Counted from the stretch's first letter, positions 1 to 7,009 are shown. The stretch: DNA of 19,844 nt from Longivirga aurantiaca (GCF_042660085.1 NZ_JBHSTI010000031.1:1-19844); one strand, 5' to 3'. Translations and numbers: made by a program. Notes: a model not told the origin generated them from the sequence alone.

Positions 1-37
1 CCGAACGACGCGCGCTACCAAGCTGCGCCACACCCCG
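1..37 (-). tRNA. tRNA-Pro (anticodon CGG), 5' portion only; the gene runs off the left edge of the window
   Basis: The reverse complement of 1-37 reads CGGGGTG TG GCGC AGCTTGGTA GCGC G CGTCG TT CGG. This gives a 7-nt acceptor arm, a GCGC/GCGC D-stem with an AGCTTGGTA D-loop typical of bacterial tRNA-Pro, an anticodon stem, and a loop start TT followed by CGG where the window ends. It is not in the ORF track. Confidence 0.75.
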
Positions 38-77
38 GTGGAGCGGAGCGAGTCTACGGGCCGGGCCGGTAGCCACC

Positions 78-94
78 AAAACCGGGTGTCCCGG
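78..94 (-). terminator. Weak candidate intrinsic terminator after the metallophosphoesterase gene
   Basis: On the minus strand, just after the TGA at 100-102, the sequence reads CCGGG-ACA-CCCGG followed by TTTT. The stem is only 5 bp (all G:C) with a 3-nt loop and a T4 tail. It lies between the CDS and the tRNA-Pro. Confidence 0.3.
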
Positions 95-99
95 GGTGC

Positions 100-1029
100 T
101 CAGACCCGCGTGAGGGTGAGCAGCGTGGCCTCGGGCGGGCACGAGAACCGCACCGGGGCGTACGGCGAGGTGCCGATCCCGGCCGACACGTGCAGCATCG
201 CCCCGCGACCGTCGGCGCCGCCTGCGCCCGGCGTACCGGCGAGGTCTGCGCCACCCACGCGTGACAGGCCCTTGGCCTGTGCCGTAGGCAGGTCGCAGTT
301 GGTCACGAGCGCACCCCAGAAGGGCACGCAGAGCTGTCCGCCGTGGGTGTGGCCGGCGAGGACGAGATCGGCGCCATCGGCCTCCATGGCGTCGATGATG
401 CGGCGGTACGGCGCATGCGTGACGCCGAGCCGCAGATCCGCGTCGGCGGCGAACGGGCCGGCCACCTCGTCGTACCGGTCGAGACCGATGTGGGGGTCGT
501 CGACCCCGCGGACGTCGAGGTCGAGGTCGCCGACCTTCACCCGCGTGGCGGCGTTGTCGAGGTCGTGCCACCCGGCGGCCGTGAGCCCGGCGACGAGGTC
601 GCGCCAGGGCAGGGGCGGGCGCTGCGCGTCGAGGTCGGACGGGTTGGTCAGGTAGCGCCACGGCTTCACGATGCCGGGGCCGTAGTAGTCGTTCGAGCCG
701 AGCACGAACAGGCCGGGCCGGTCGAGCAGCGGGCCGAGTGCGTCGAGCACCGAGGGGATGGCCTCCTGATGGGCCAGGAAGTCACCGGTGACCACGACGA
801 GGTCGGGGTTCAGCGCGTCGAGGCTGCGCACCCAGGCCATGCGCCCCTTGTGACGGGGGGTGAGGTGCAGGTCGGAGATGTGCAGGACGCGGACCGGCGC
901 GACGCCGTCGGGCAGCACGCGGGCCTCCTCGCGGCGCAGCGTGTAGCGGTGGGCCTCGGCGACCGAGTAGCCGAGACCGGCCGCCGCAGCGGCGCCGAGG
1001 GCGAGGGTGGTGCGGGCGAGGAGGTGCAC
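100..1029 (-). CDS. Calcineurin-like metallophosphoesterase with N-terminal hydrophobic anchor (Rv3683-like)
   Basis: Track ORF 100..1116 (-). Motifs are VLHISDLHL (D-x-H), VVVTGDF (GD), VLGSNDYY (GN-D) and LAGHTHGGQ (GH-x-H), with a hydrophobic N-terminus TTLALGAAAAAGLGY. I trimmed the start to the GTG at 1029 (VHLLARTT...) because the ATG at 1116 would overlap the divergent yqeY-like gene by 36 nt. The start is the uncertain part. Confidence 0.8.
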   Translation of the reverse strand: MHLLARTTLALGAAAAAGLGYSVAEAHRYTLRREEARVLPDGVAPVRVLHISDLHLTPRHKGRMAWVRSLDALNPDLVVVTGDFLAHQEAIPSVLDALGPLLDRPGLFVLGSNDYYGPGIVKPWRYLTNPSDLDAQRPPLPWRDLVAGLTAAGWHDLDNAATRVKVGDLDLDVRGVDDPHIGLDRYDEVAGPFAADADLRLGVTHAPYRRIIDAMEADGADLVLAGHTHGGQLCVPFWGALVTNCDLPTAQAKGLSRVGGADLAGTPGAGGADGRGAMLHVSAGIGTSPYAPVRFSCPPEATLLTLTRV

Positions 1030-1080
1030 CCGACCAGTATCCCCGCTGCCTCGGGTGCGGGGGTACGGGAGGATGTGGCC

Positions 1081-1545
1081 ATGAGCACCGACGGCACCCT
1101 CTCCCAGCGCCTGCATGACGACCTCACCACCGCGATCCGCGGTCGGGACGAGGTCGCCTCCGCCACGCTGCGCATGGCGCTCACCGCCCTCACGAACGAG
1201 GCGAAGAGCGGCACCGAGGAGCGCGAGCTGACCGATGCCGACGTCATCACCGTGCTCGGCCGCGAGGCCAAGAAGCGGCGCGAGTCGGCCACGGCGTACG
1301 ACGACGCGAACCGGCCCGAGCTCGCAGCCCGTGAGCGTGCCGAGCTCGCCGTCCTCGAGGGCTACCTGCCGCAGCAGCTGTCGGACGAGGAGCTCACGGC
1401 CCTCGTGGCGGACGCCGTGGCCGAGACGGGTGCGGAGTCGCCGAAGCAGATGGGCCTCGTCATGAAGGTGCTGACCCCCCGCATCGCGGGTCGCGCCGAC
1501 GGTGGTCGCGTGGCGGCCGCCGTACGCAGCGCCCTCGGCGCCTGA
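1081..1545 (+). CDS. GatB/YqeY domain-containing protein
   Basis: This is the last 154 codons of track ORF 343..1545; the upstream 246 codons are the antisense shadow of the phosphoesterase gene. The ATG at 1081 is preceded by GGGAGGA 7 nt upstream. The translation MSTDGTLSQRLHDDL...REAKKRRESATAYDDANRPELAARERAELAVLEGYLPQQLSDEEL...KQMGLVMKVL...ADGGRVAAAVRSAL fits the YqeY/GatB C-terminal domain pattern. Confidence 0.85.
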   Translation: MSTDGTLSQRLHDDLTTAIRGRDEVASATLRMALTALTNEAKSGTEERELTDADVITVLGREAKKRRESATAYDDANRPELAARERAELAVLEGYLPQQLSDEELTALVADAVAETGAESPKQMGLVMKVLTPRIAGRADGGRVAAAVRSALGA

Positions 1546-1565
1546 CGCCGTTCTGGTCTTTCCGC

Positions 1566-1591
1566 CGTCCCTGATGAAGGGACGAATTGTT
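1566..1591 (+). terminator. Candidate terminator hairpin after the yqeY-like gene
   Basis: CGTCCCT-gatga-AGGGACG forms a 7-bp perfect stem with a 5-nt loop (1566-1584), followed by AATTGTT. It lies in the only AT-rich island between two convergent genes. The U-tract is poor. Confidence 0.4.
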
Positions 1592-1602
1592 CGGCTCTAT
1601 TG

Positions 1603-1621
1603 GATGAAGGGCCCCTTCATC
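1603..1621 (-). terminator. Candidate terminator hairpin after the PBP gene
   Basis: GATGAAGGG-c-CCCTTCATC is a near-perfect 19-nt palindrome located 36 nt downstream of the PBP stop codon on the minus strand. It has no U-tract. It shares the 9-mer GATGAAGGG with the neighbouring hairpin at 1573-1581. Confidence 0.35.
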
Positions 1622-1656
1622 GCAAACCCCGGCTCCGTGAACGCGCCCGGGGGCCG

Positions 1657-3894
1657 TCAGGGGGAGGGGGACGGCGGGGGGCTGCTCGACGGCTTCGGGG
1701 GCTTGGTCGGCTTGGTGGGCTTGGCCGACGGGCTCGGGCTGCCGGTCGGCGAGGTCGACGGAGATCCCGACACGGAGTCGGTGGGCGACGCGGTGGGCGA
1801 CGACGAGGTCGGCGTCGGCGAGGCGGTGGCCGCGACGAGGCTGTCGTAGATCCGCAGGTCGAAACGGGTCGACGGCACTCCGTCGAGGGCGCCGAGCATC
1901 GCCATCTTCCAGATGGGGCCGGGCAGCGTCGAGCCGAAGACCTGGCCGAAGTACGTGCCGCCGATGCGGATGTTCTTCATCGGGAACTTGTACTGGCCGC
2001 GCGGGTCGTACGTGGCCACAGCGGCGGCGATGTCGGGGGTGAACCCGACGAACCAGACGGCTGCCGAGTCGTTCGTCGTACCGGTCTTGCCGGCCGCGTC
2101 GCGACCGAGCGTCATCGGTGCGCCGGTGCGGCCCTGAATCGGGCCGTCGATGACGCCCTTGAGGATCACGGCGACGGAGTCGGCGACGCGACGCTCCATC
2201 ACCTGCTGGCAGTCGGCCTTCGGGATCGGCAGGTCCTTGCCGTCGCGGTCGGTCACCTGCGAGATCGCGATCGGCTGGCAGCGCACGCCGTGGTTGGCGA
2301 AGACGGAGTAGGCGCTCGACATGCCGAGCGGGGTCACCTCGGACGTGCCGAGGGTGAACGACGGGCCGTCGAAGAGCGGGTCGCCGTTGCCCTTGGTGAG
2401 CCCGAGCTCGGCGGCGATCTCGGCGGGCCGGCAGTTGCCGGTCTTCTGCTCGAGCGCCATGAAGTACGTGTTCACCGAGAACGCCGTGCCCTGCAGCATG
2501 TTGAACGTGCCCGAGCCGGTCGAGTTTCCGACCGAGTAGGGCTCGTACTCCGCGCCGGTCTTGCAGTTCACGAAGCCGTCGAAGGTCTTGCGCGGAGGCG
2601 ACACGATCTTCTCGAGCGGGTTGACCCGCTTCTCCATCGCCGCGGCCAGCGTGAACGCCTTGAACGTCGAGCCGGCCTGCGCGCCGATGCTCCCGCCCAT
2701 GCTCGTGCCGACGTTGAAGTTGTACGTCGTGTTGCCCACGCCCTTGGTGCCCCACGAGCGGTTCTGCGCCATCGCGAGGATCTCGCCGGTGCTCGGCTTC
2801 ACCATGGTGATGGCGGCGAGCTTCTTGCTGGCGTCCTTGCGCGGGATGTAGGTGTCGGCGGCGATCTGCGCGGACTTCTGCGCCTTGGGCTGCAGCGTCG
2901 TGCGGATGGTCAGGCCGCCCTTGCGCAGCAGGGCCTCGCGCGCGGCCGGAGTGGAGCCGAAGGCGGGGTCGGTGCGGACCACGCGGTAGACGTAGTCGCA
3001 GAAGAACGGCGCGTACGACGTGGTGCAGCCGTTGGTGGGACGGCGCGGCTTGAGGAACGACTTCGTGGAGATCTTGGCGGTCTTGTCGGCCTTGGCCTGG
3101 GAGATGTAGCCGAGCGCGGCCATCCGGTTGAGCACCTGGCGGCGGCGGTCCTGCGACAGCTTCGGGTTGCGCGTCGGGTCGTACGCCACCGGCCGCTGCA
3201 CGGCACCGGCGAGCGTGGCGGCCTCGACGAGGGTGAGCTTGGCCGCCGACTTGTTGAAGTAGCGGCGCGCCGCGGCCTCGACGCCGTACGCACCGGCGCC
3301 GAAGTACGAGATGTTCAGGTAGCGCTCGAGGATCTCGTCCTTGCTGAGCTGGCGCTCGAGCGCCAGGGCGTAACGCATCTCCTTGAGCTTGCGGGTGTAG
3401 CTGCGCGCCACCGCCGCGCGCGCCTCCTCGGGCGTGGTCGCGAGGTTCACGAAGATGTTCTTCACGTACTGCTGGGTGAGGGTCGAGCCGCCCTGCACGC
3501 TGCCGTCGCCGGCGGAGTTGCCGACGAAGGCGCGGATGAGGCCGCGCGGGTCGACGCCGCGGTGCTCGTAGAACCGGCCGTCCTCGACGGCCACGACCGC
3601 CTGCTGCATCACCGGGGCGATCTCGCTGAGCGGCACCTCGATGCGGTTCTGCTCGTAGATCGTGGCGAGCACCGAGCCGTCGTTGGCGAGGATCCGCGAG
3701 CGCTGGGGCAGCGGCGGGGCCGTGAGCTGGGTCGGGAGGCTCTCGTAGCTCTCGATCGCCGACCGGGTGGCGACGCCCACGCCGCCCACGAAGGGGAGCG
3801 CGGCCCCGGCCACGAGCACGCCTGCAACCGCGCTCACCAGCACGAAGAGTGCGAGGCGCGAGAGGGAGGCGGCGAGGCTGGGCTTTCGGGACAT
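1657..3894 (-). CDS. ponA: Class A penicillin-binding protein (bifunctional GT51 transglycosylase / transpeptidase), PonA2-like
   Basis: Track ORF 745 aa with an N-terminal TM segment (LALFVLVSAVAGVLVAGAALPFV). GT51 motifs are AVVAVEDGRFYEHRGVD, GGSTLTQQYVKN and RKLKEMRYALALE. Transpeptidase motifs are STFK (GSTFKAF), SVN (AFSVNTYF) and KTGTT. The C-terminal tail of about 70 aa is Pro/Ser/Thr-rich. Confidence 0.95.
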   Translation of the reverse strand: MSRKPSLAASLSRLALFVLVSAVAGVLVAGAALPFVGGVGVATRSAIESYESLPTQLTAPPLPQRSRILANDGSVLATIYEQNRIEVPLSEIAPVMQQAVVAVEDGRFYEHRGVDPRGLIRAFVGNSAGDGSVQGGSTLTQQYVKNIFVNLATTPEEARAAVARSYTRKLKEMRYALALERQLSKDEILERYLNISYFGAGAYGVEAAARRYFNKSAAKLTLVEAATLAGAVQRPVAYDPTRNPKLSQDRRRQVLNRMAALGYISQAKADKTAKISTKSFLKPRRPTNGCTTSYAPFFCDYVYRVVRTDPAFGSTPAAREALLRKGGLTIRTTLQPKAQKSAQIAADTYIPRKDASKKLAAITMVKPSTGEILAMAQNRSWGTKGVGNTTYNFNVGTSMGGSIGAQAGSTFKAFTLAAAMEKRVNPLEKIVSPPRKTFDGFVNCKTGAEYEPYSVGNSTGSGTFNMLQGTAFSVNTYFMALEQKTGNCRPAEIAAELGLTKGNGDPLFDGPSFTLGTSEVTPLGMSSAYSVFANHGVRCQPIAISQVTDRDGKDLPIPKADCQQVMERRVADSVAVILKGVIDGPIQGRTGAPMTLGRDAAGKTGTTNDSAAVWFVGFTPDIAAAVATYDPRGQYKFPMKNIRIGGTYFGQVFGSTLPGPIWKMAMLGALDGVPSTRFDLRIYDSLVAATASPTPTSSSPTASPTDSVSGSPSTSPTGSPSPSAKPTKPTKPPKPSSSPPPSPSP
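1691..1726 (-). repeat. Four imperfect 9-bp tandem repeats inside the PBP C-terminal tail
   Basis: The plus strand reads ggcttcggg ggcttggtc ggcttggtg ggcttggcc. On the coding strand this gives the ...AKPTKPTKPPKPS... repeat of the low-complexity tail. Confidence 0.7.
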
Positions 3895-4224
3895 GGCCTG
3901 TCGAGGATAGGCGGGTTCTGACCGTAGGACGTCCTCGGGCTCGCCGGGGTTCCCCCTGCGGGGGGCCCAGGAGGTAGGGCGGGCTCACGAAGTGCTCAAC
4001 GGGGCGGTGGCTCAGCGGACCCACGTCTATGGCACGATATGACTAGCAAGGATCACCCGTCCTGGCCTGCCCGGCTCCTGCCCTCGTGCGTAGCGTCGCT
4101 CCCTGTCGGCGCAAGACCTGCGTCGGCAAGGCCCGAGACCGGGACGTCCTCCGGCCGCAGCACGCGGACGGCGTATTCGGTCGGGGGCCGCCCCGACGAC
4201 CTAGGGGGAGGTTGAGTCCACCAG

Positions 4225-4545
4225 ATGACCTGGACCACGGACTGGACCACGTCGGCTGCCTGTCGCGCGAGCGACCCGGACGCTTTGTTCGTGCAGGGCG
4301 CTGCCCAGAACCGCGCCAAGGCGATCTGCCTCGCCTGCCCGGTGCGCACCGAGTGCCTCGCTGACGCGCTCGACAACCGCATCGAGTTCGGCGTGTGGGG
4401 TGGCATGACCGAGCGCGAGCGCCGCGCCCTGCTGCGCCGACGCCCCCAGGTGACGAGCTGGCGACGCCTGCTCGAGACCGCGCGCGAGGAGTACGGCACC
4501 AGCGTCTCGCTCCTCGACCTCACCGAGGCGCGCGTCGCGGGCTGA
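4225..4545 (+). CDS. whiB4: WhiB-family [4Fe-4S] transcriptional regulator, WhiB4/WblA orthologue type
   Basis: Track ORF 106 aa. The four Cys are arranged C13-x21-C35-x2-C38-x5-C44, with a G(V/I)WGG turn (FGVWGGMTERERRALLRR). The stretch DPDALFVQGAAQNRAKAICLACPVRTECLADALDNRIEFGVWGGMTERERRALL closely resembles my recollection of M. tuberculosis WhiB4. Position between ponA2 and the ArsA-like pair matches whiB4/wblA synteny. An in-frame TGA at 4213 bounds the ORF, and GGGGGAGG lies about 13 nt upstream of the ATG. Confidence 0.9.
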   Translation: MTWTTDWTTSAACRASDPDALFVQGAAQNRAKAICLACPVRTECLADALDNRIEFGVWGGMTERERRALLRRRPQVTSWRRLLETAREEYGTSVSLLDLTEARVAG

Positions 4546-4551
4546 CGCCCG

Positions 4552-5718
4552 CTACAGCCGGTCGGCCAGGGCCTGGCCGACGAGGCGGAGCCCGTCGAGG
4601 TCGACCACGTCCGTCGGCAGCACCGGCACCGTCGCGATCTCGATCGTGCGGTGCACCGAGGTGAACCTCTCCGCCATGCGCCGCTGACGGTTGAGCGTCG
4701 CCACGCGATCGGCGTGGATGCGCAGCAGTGCGGCCGTGACCGACGTGCCCGAGTGCGTCTCGAGGCGGGCCGCTGCGGCGGTGGCTGTCGCGACGTCGAG
4801 CTCGGGCACGGTCGTGGTCTGCACGCGGTTGAGCACGAGCCCTGCGAGCGGCATGTTGTCGCTCTCGAGCCGCTCCACGAAGTACGACGCCTCGCGCAGG
4901 GCGTCGCGCTCAGGAGCGGCCACCACGAGGAACGCGGTGTCGGGCGCCTGCAGCATGTGGAACGTCTCGTCGGCCCGCTGCCGGAAGCCGCCGAAGAGGG
5001 TGTCGACCGAGCCGACGAACGTCTGGATGTCGGTGAGCACCTGGCCGCCGATGACGCGCGACAGCACGTTGGTGAAGACCCCGAACCCGGCCGTGATCAC
5101 CTTCATGTAGGCGCGTCCGCCGGCCTTGGCAGGTGCGGCCAGGATGCGCAGGAACCGACCGTCGAGGAACGACCCGAGCCGGCGCGGGGCATCGAGGAAG
5201 TCCAGGGCCGAGCGGGACGGCGGGGTGTCGACGACGATCAGGTCCCACCGGTCCTCGGCCTCGGACCGCGCCCGCAGCTGGCCGAGCTTCTCCATCGCCA
5301 TGTACTCCTGCGTGCCCGCGAACGAGCTCGACAGCGACTGGTAGAACGGGTTGGCGATGATCGTCCCGGCGCGCTCGGCGTCCGCGTTCGACTCGACGAA
5401 CTCGTCGAACGTCCGCTTCATGTCCAGCATCATCGCGTCGAGCGTGCCGGTGCCGTCGACGCCGACGACCGGCCGCGGGTCGTTGTCGAGCTCGGTCAGG
5501 CCGAGGCTCTGCGCGAGGCGCCGAGCCGGGTCGATCGTGAGGACGACGACGCTGCGCCCGCGTTCGGCCGCACGCAGCGCGATCGCCGCGGCGGTCGTGG
5601 TCTTCCCGACCCCGCCGGATCCGCAGCAGACGAGGACGCGGATGTCGCGGTTGTCGAGCAGGGCGTCGACGTCGAGCGCCGGGGCGCGCGGGACGACCTC
5701 GCGCGTGAAGGTGCTCAT
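4552..5718 (-). CDS. ArsA/Get3-like P-loop ATPase (Rv3680-like), distal gene of a pair
   Basis: Track ORF 388 aa. The Walker A is VCCGSGGVGKTTTAAA, which has Ser where ArsA/Get3 have the signature Lys of KGGxGKT. There is an ArsA-like DTPPSRSALDFL segment. The ATG overlaps the stop of the upstream ATPase gene (ATGA at 5715-5718). Confidence 0.85.
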   Translation of the reverse strand: MSTFTREVVPRAPALDVDALLDNRDIRVLVCCGSGGVGKTTTAAAIALRAAERGRSVVVLTIDPARRLAQSLGLTELDNDPRPVVGVDGTGTLDAMMLDMKRTFDEFVESNADAERAGTIIANPFYQSLSSSFAGTQEYMAMEKLGQLRARSEAEDRWDLIVVDTPPSRSALDFLDAPRRLGSFLDGRFLRILAAPAKAGGRAYMKVITAGFGVFTNVLSRVIGGQVLTDIQTFVGSVDTLFGGFRQRADETFHMLQAPDTAFLVVAAPERDALREASYFVERLESDNMPLAGLVLNRVQTTTVPELDVATATAAAARLETHSGTSVTAALLRIHADRVATLNRQRRMAERFTSVHRTIEIATVPVLPTDVVDLDGLRLVGQALADRL

Positions 5719-6761
5719 GCCATCCCCTGCTCGCGCAGCAGGTCGGCGAGCTCGTAGAGCGTGCCGACGTCGACGCCGTCCGCGAGGAATGGCAGCTCGT
5801 ACGTCGGACGGTGCAGCACCTCGAGGTTGTCGCGCTCGCGCTGCTCGAGCGCCACGCGCTCGGCGTGCTCGGCACCTTCGACCGCGAGCGCCCGCACGAC
5901 GTCGTCGACGAGCACACCGCCGTGCGACCCGACGAGCGCGCCGTTGGGGGTCACGACCCCGGACGTCGCGAGGTCGTGCGCGATGGCGTCCTTGTCCAGC
6001 TTCCCCTTGCGCGCCTTGGCCTGCGCCGTCGCGGCGAGGAGCGGGCGGCGCATCTGATTCACGACGATCCCGCCCACAGGCAGCTTCGACGCGGTGAGCT
6101 CGTCGACGGCGTCGGTCGTCTCCTGCACCGGCATCTCCTCGAGCAGGGTCACCAGGTGCACCGCGGTGAGCGAGGAGGCGATGACCTCCATGACGGCGTC
6201 GGCCTGCGACCGGATGGGGCCCGTGCGAGCGAGGCCGGCCACCTCGGAGTTCACGTTGAGGAAGCGCGCGATCCGGCCCGTGGGCGGCGCGTCCATGACG
6301 ACGGCGTCGTAGACGTGCTTGTTGCCGCTCTTGCGGCGCACGGCCTCCTTGGCCTTGCCCGTCAGCAGCACGTCGCGCACGCCCGGCGCGATGGTCGTCG
6401 CGAAGTCGATGGCGCCCATCCTGCGCAGCGCGGTGCCGGCACGGCGGAGGTTGTAGAACATCTCGAGGTACTCGAGCAGCGCCTCCTCGGGGTCGATCGC
6501 GAGCGCGAACACCTCGCCCCCGCCCGGAGCGGTCGCCACCTTGCGCTCGGCGTACGGCAGGGGCGGGACGTCGTAGATCTGGGACAGGCCCTGCCGGCCC
6601 TCCACCTCCACGACGAGCACCTTGCGGCCGCCGTGGGCCAGCGCGAGGGCGAGTGCGGCGGCGACCGTGGTCTTGCCCGTGCCGCCCTTGCCGGACACGA
6701 CGTGGAGGCGGACGCCGCGCCAGTCGGGCGCGAGGACGTCGTCGTCCCGAGGCGGGGTCAC
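5715..6761 (-). CDS. ArsA/Get3-like P-loop ATPase (Rv3679-like), proximal gene of a pair
   Basis: Track ORF 348 aa. It has a deviant Walker A with signature Lys intact (VVSGKGGTGKTTVAAALA) and an ArsA-like MDAPPTGRIARFL (DTAPTGH-type) segment. Its stop overlaps the start of the next ATPase gene by 4 nt. Confidence 0.85.
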   Translation of the reverse strand: MTPPRDDDVLAPDWRGVRLHVVSGKGGTGKTTVAAALALALAHGGRKVLVVEVEGRQGLSQIYDVPPLPYAERKVATAPGGGEVFALAIDPEEALLEYLEMFYNLRRAGTALRRMGAIDFATTIAPGVRDVLLTGKAKEAVRRKSGNKHVYDAVVMDAPPTGRIARFLNVNSEVAGLARTGPIRSQADAVMEVIASSLTAVHLVTLLEEMPVQETTDAVDELTASKLPVGGIVVNQMRRPLLAATAQAKARKGKLDKDAIAHDLATSGVVTPNGALVGSHGGVLVDDVVRALAVEGAEHAERVALEQRERDNLEVLHRPTYELPFLADGVDVGTLYELADLLREQGMA

Positions 6762-6813
6762 GGCCCGAGACTACGGGCCTGCGGCCCGGCGTACCTGCTG
6801 AGCACCCGTCCCG

Positions 6814-6842
6814 GTGACGATGAACACCTCAGCCCCTAGGGT
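6814..6842 (+). promoter_or_regulatory. Candidate promoter giving a leaderless transcript for the DUF4177-ridA operon
   Basis: TAGGGT (6837-6842) fits the actinobacterial TANNNT -10 and ends 6 nt before the A of the ATG at 6849. GTGACG (6814-6819) lies 17 bp upstream as a weak -35. There is no Shine-Dalgarno between the -10 and the ATG (cgcctc). Confidence 0.4.
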
Positions 6843-6848
6843 CGCCTC

Positions 6849-7004
6849 ATGACCCAGTGGGAGTACGCGACCGTTCCTCTGCTCATCCATGCGACCAAGC
6901 AGATCCTCGACACGTGGGGCCAGGACGGGTGGGAGCTCGTCCAGGTGGTGCCCGGCCCCAACGCCGAGAACTACGTCGCCTACCTGAAGCGTCCGAAGGG
7001 CTGA
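6849..7004 (+). CDS. DUF4177-like small protein (Rv3678A-like), 51 aa; absent from the ORF track
   Basis: Hand translation gives ATG ACC CAG TGG GAG TAC ... AAG GGC TGA = MTQWEYATVPLLIHATKQILDTWGQDGWELVQVVPGPNAENYVAYLKRPKG. G/C at codon position 3 is near-saturated. The WEY...GWEL core is characteristic of DUF4177. It sits directly upstream of ridA as in mycobacteria. Confidence 0.8.
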   Translation: MTQWEYATVPLLIHATKQILDTWGQDGWELVQVVPGPNAENYVAYLKRPKG

Positions 7005-7009
7005 GAAGC

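Noticed and set aside
1-99. tRNA-Pro as an integration hotspot for a genomic island
   Set aside because: The DNA adjacent to the tRNA 5' side inside this window is a conserved housekeeping block. There is no integrase, no direct repeat of the tRNA 3' end (which lies outside the window) and no compositional shift.
343-1080. N-terminal 246 codons of track ORF 343..1545 (+)
   Set aside because: This part is antisense to the metallophosphoesterase gene and has no recognisable features. The YqeY-like domain begins at the ATG at 1081, which has a good SD.
1460-4024. Very long track ORFs 1460..4024 (-, 854 aa) and 1600..3921 (+, 773 aa) overlapping the PBP gene
   Set aside because: Their translations are Arg/Gly/Ala/Pro-rich low-complexity strings with no motifs. 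They are alternative-frame or antisense shadows of a motif-rich PBP frame (1657..3894), as expected where stop codons are rare in >70% GC DNA.
3927-4151. The two GGACGTCCTC copies as a specific operator pair
   Set aside because: GGACGTC occurs repeatedly inside coding regions of this window (for example near 6733, 9357, 19421 and 19772). A shared 10-mer in 330 bp of GC-rich DNA is only weakly significant. I mention it within the whiB4 leader finding but do not call it a feature.
4039-4215. 58-codon upstream ORF (MTSKDHPSWPARLL...DDLGGG) ending at the TGA that lies in frame 9 nt before the whiB4 ATG; possible uORF or read-through N-terminal extension of WhiB4
   Set aside because: About 13 of 58 codons end in A/T, versus near-saturated GC3 in real genes here. 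There is no SD before its ATG. The sequence is Pro/Ser/Arg/Gly-rich with no features, and the extension would not resemble known WhiB4 N-termini. I kept it only as part of the leader-region finding.
4651-6839. ORFs 4651..5757 (+), 4910..5917 (-), 5351..6097 (+) and 5811..6839 (+) overlapping the ArsA-like genes
   Set aside because: They are shadow ORFs. The P-loop, DTAP-like and other ArsA motifs are only in the frames 4552..5718 and 5715..6761 (-).
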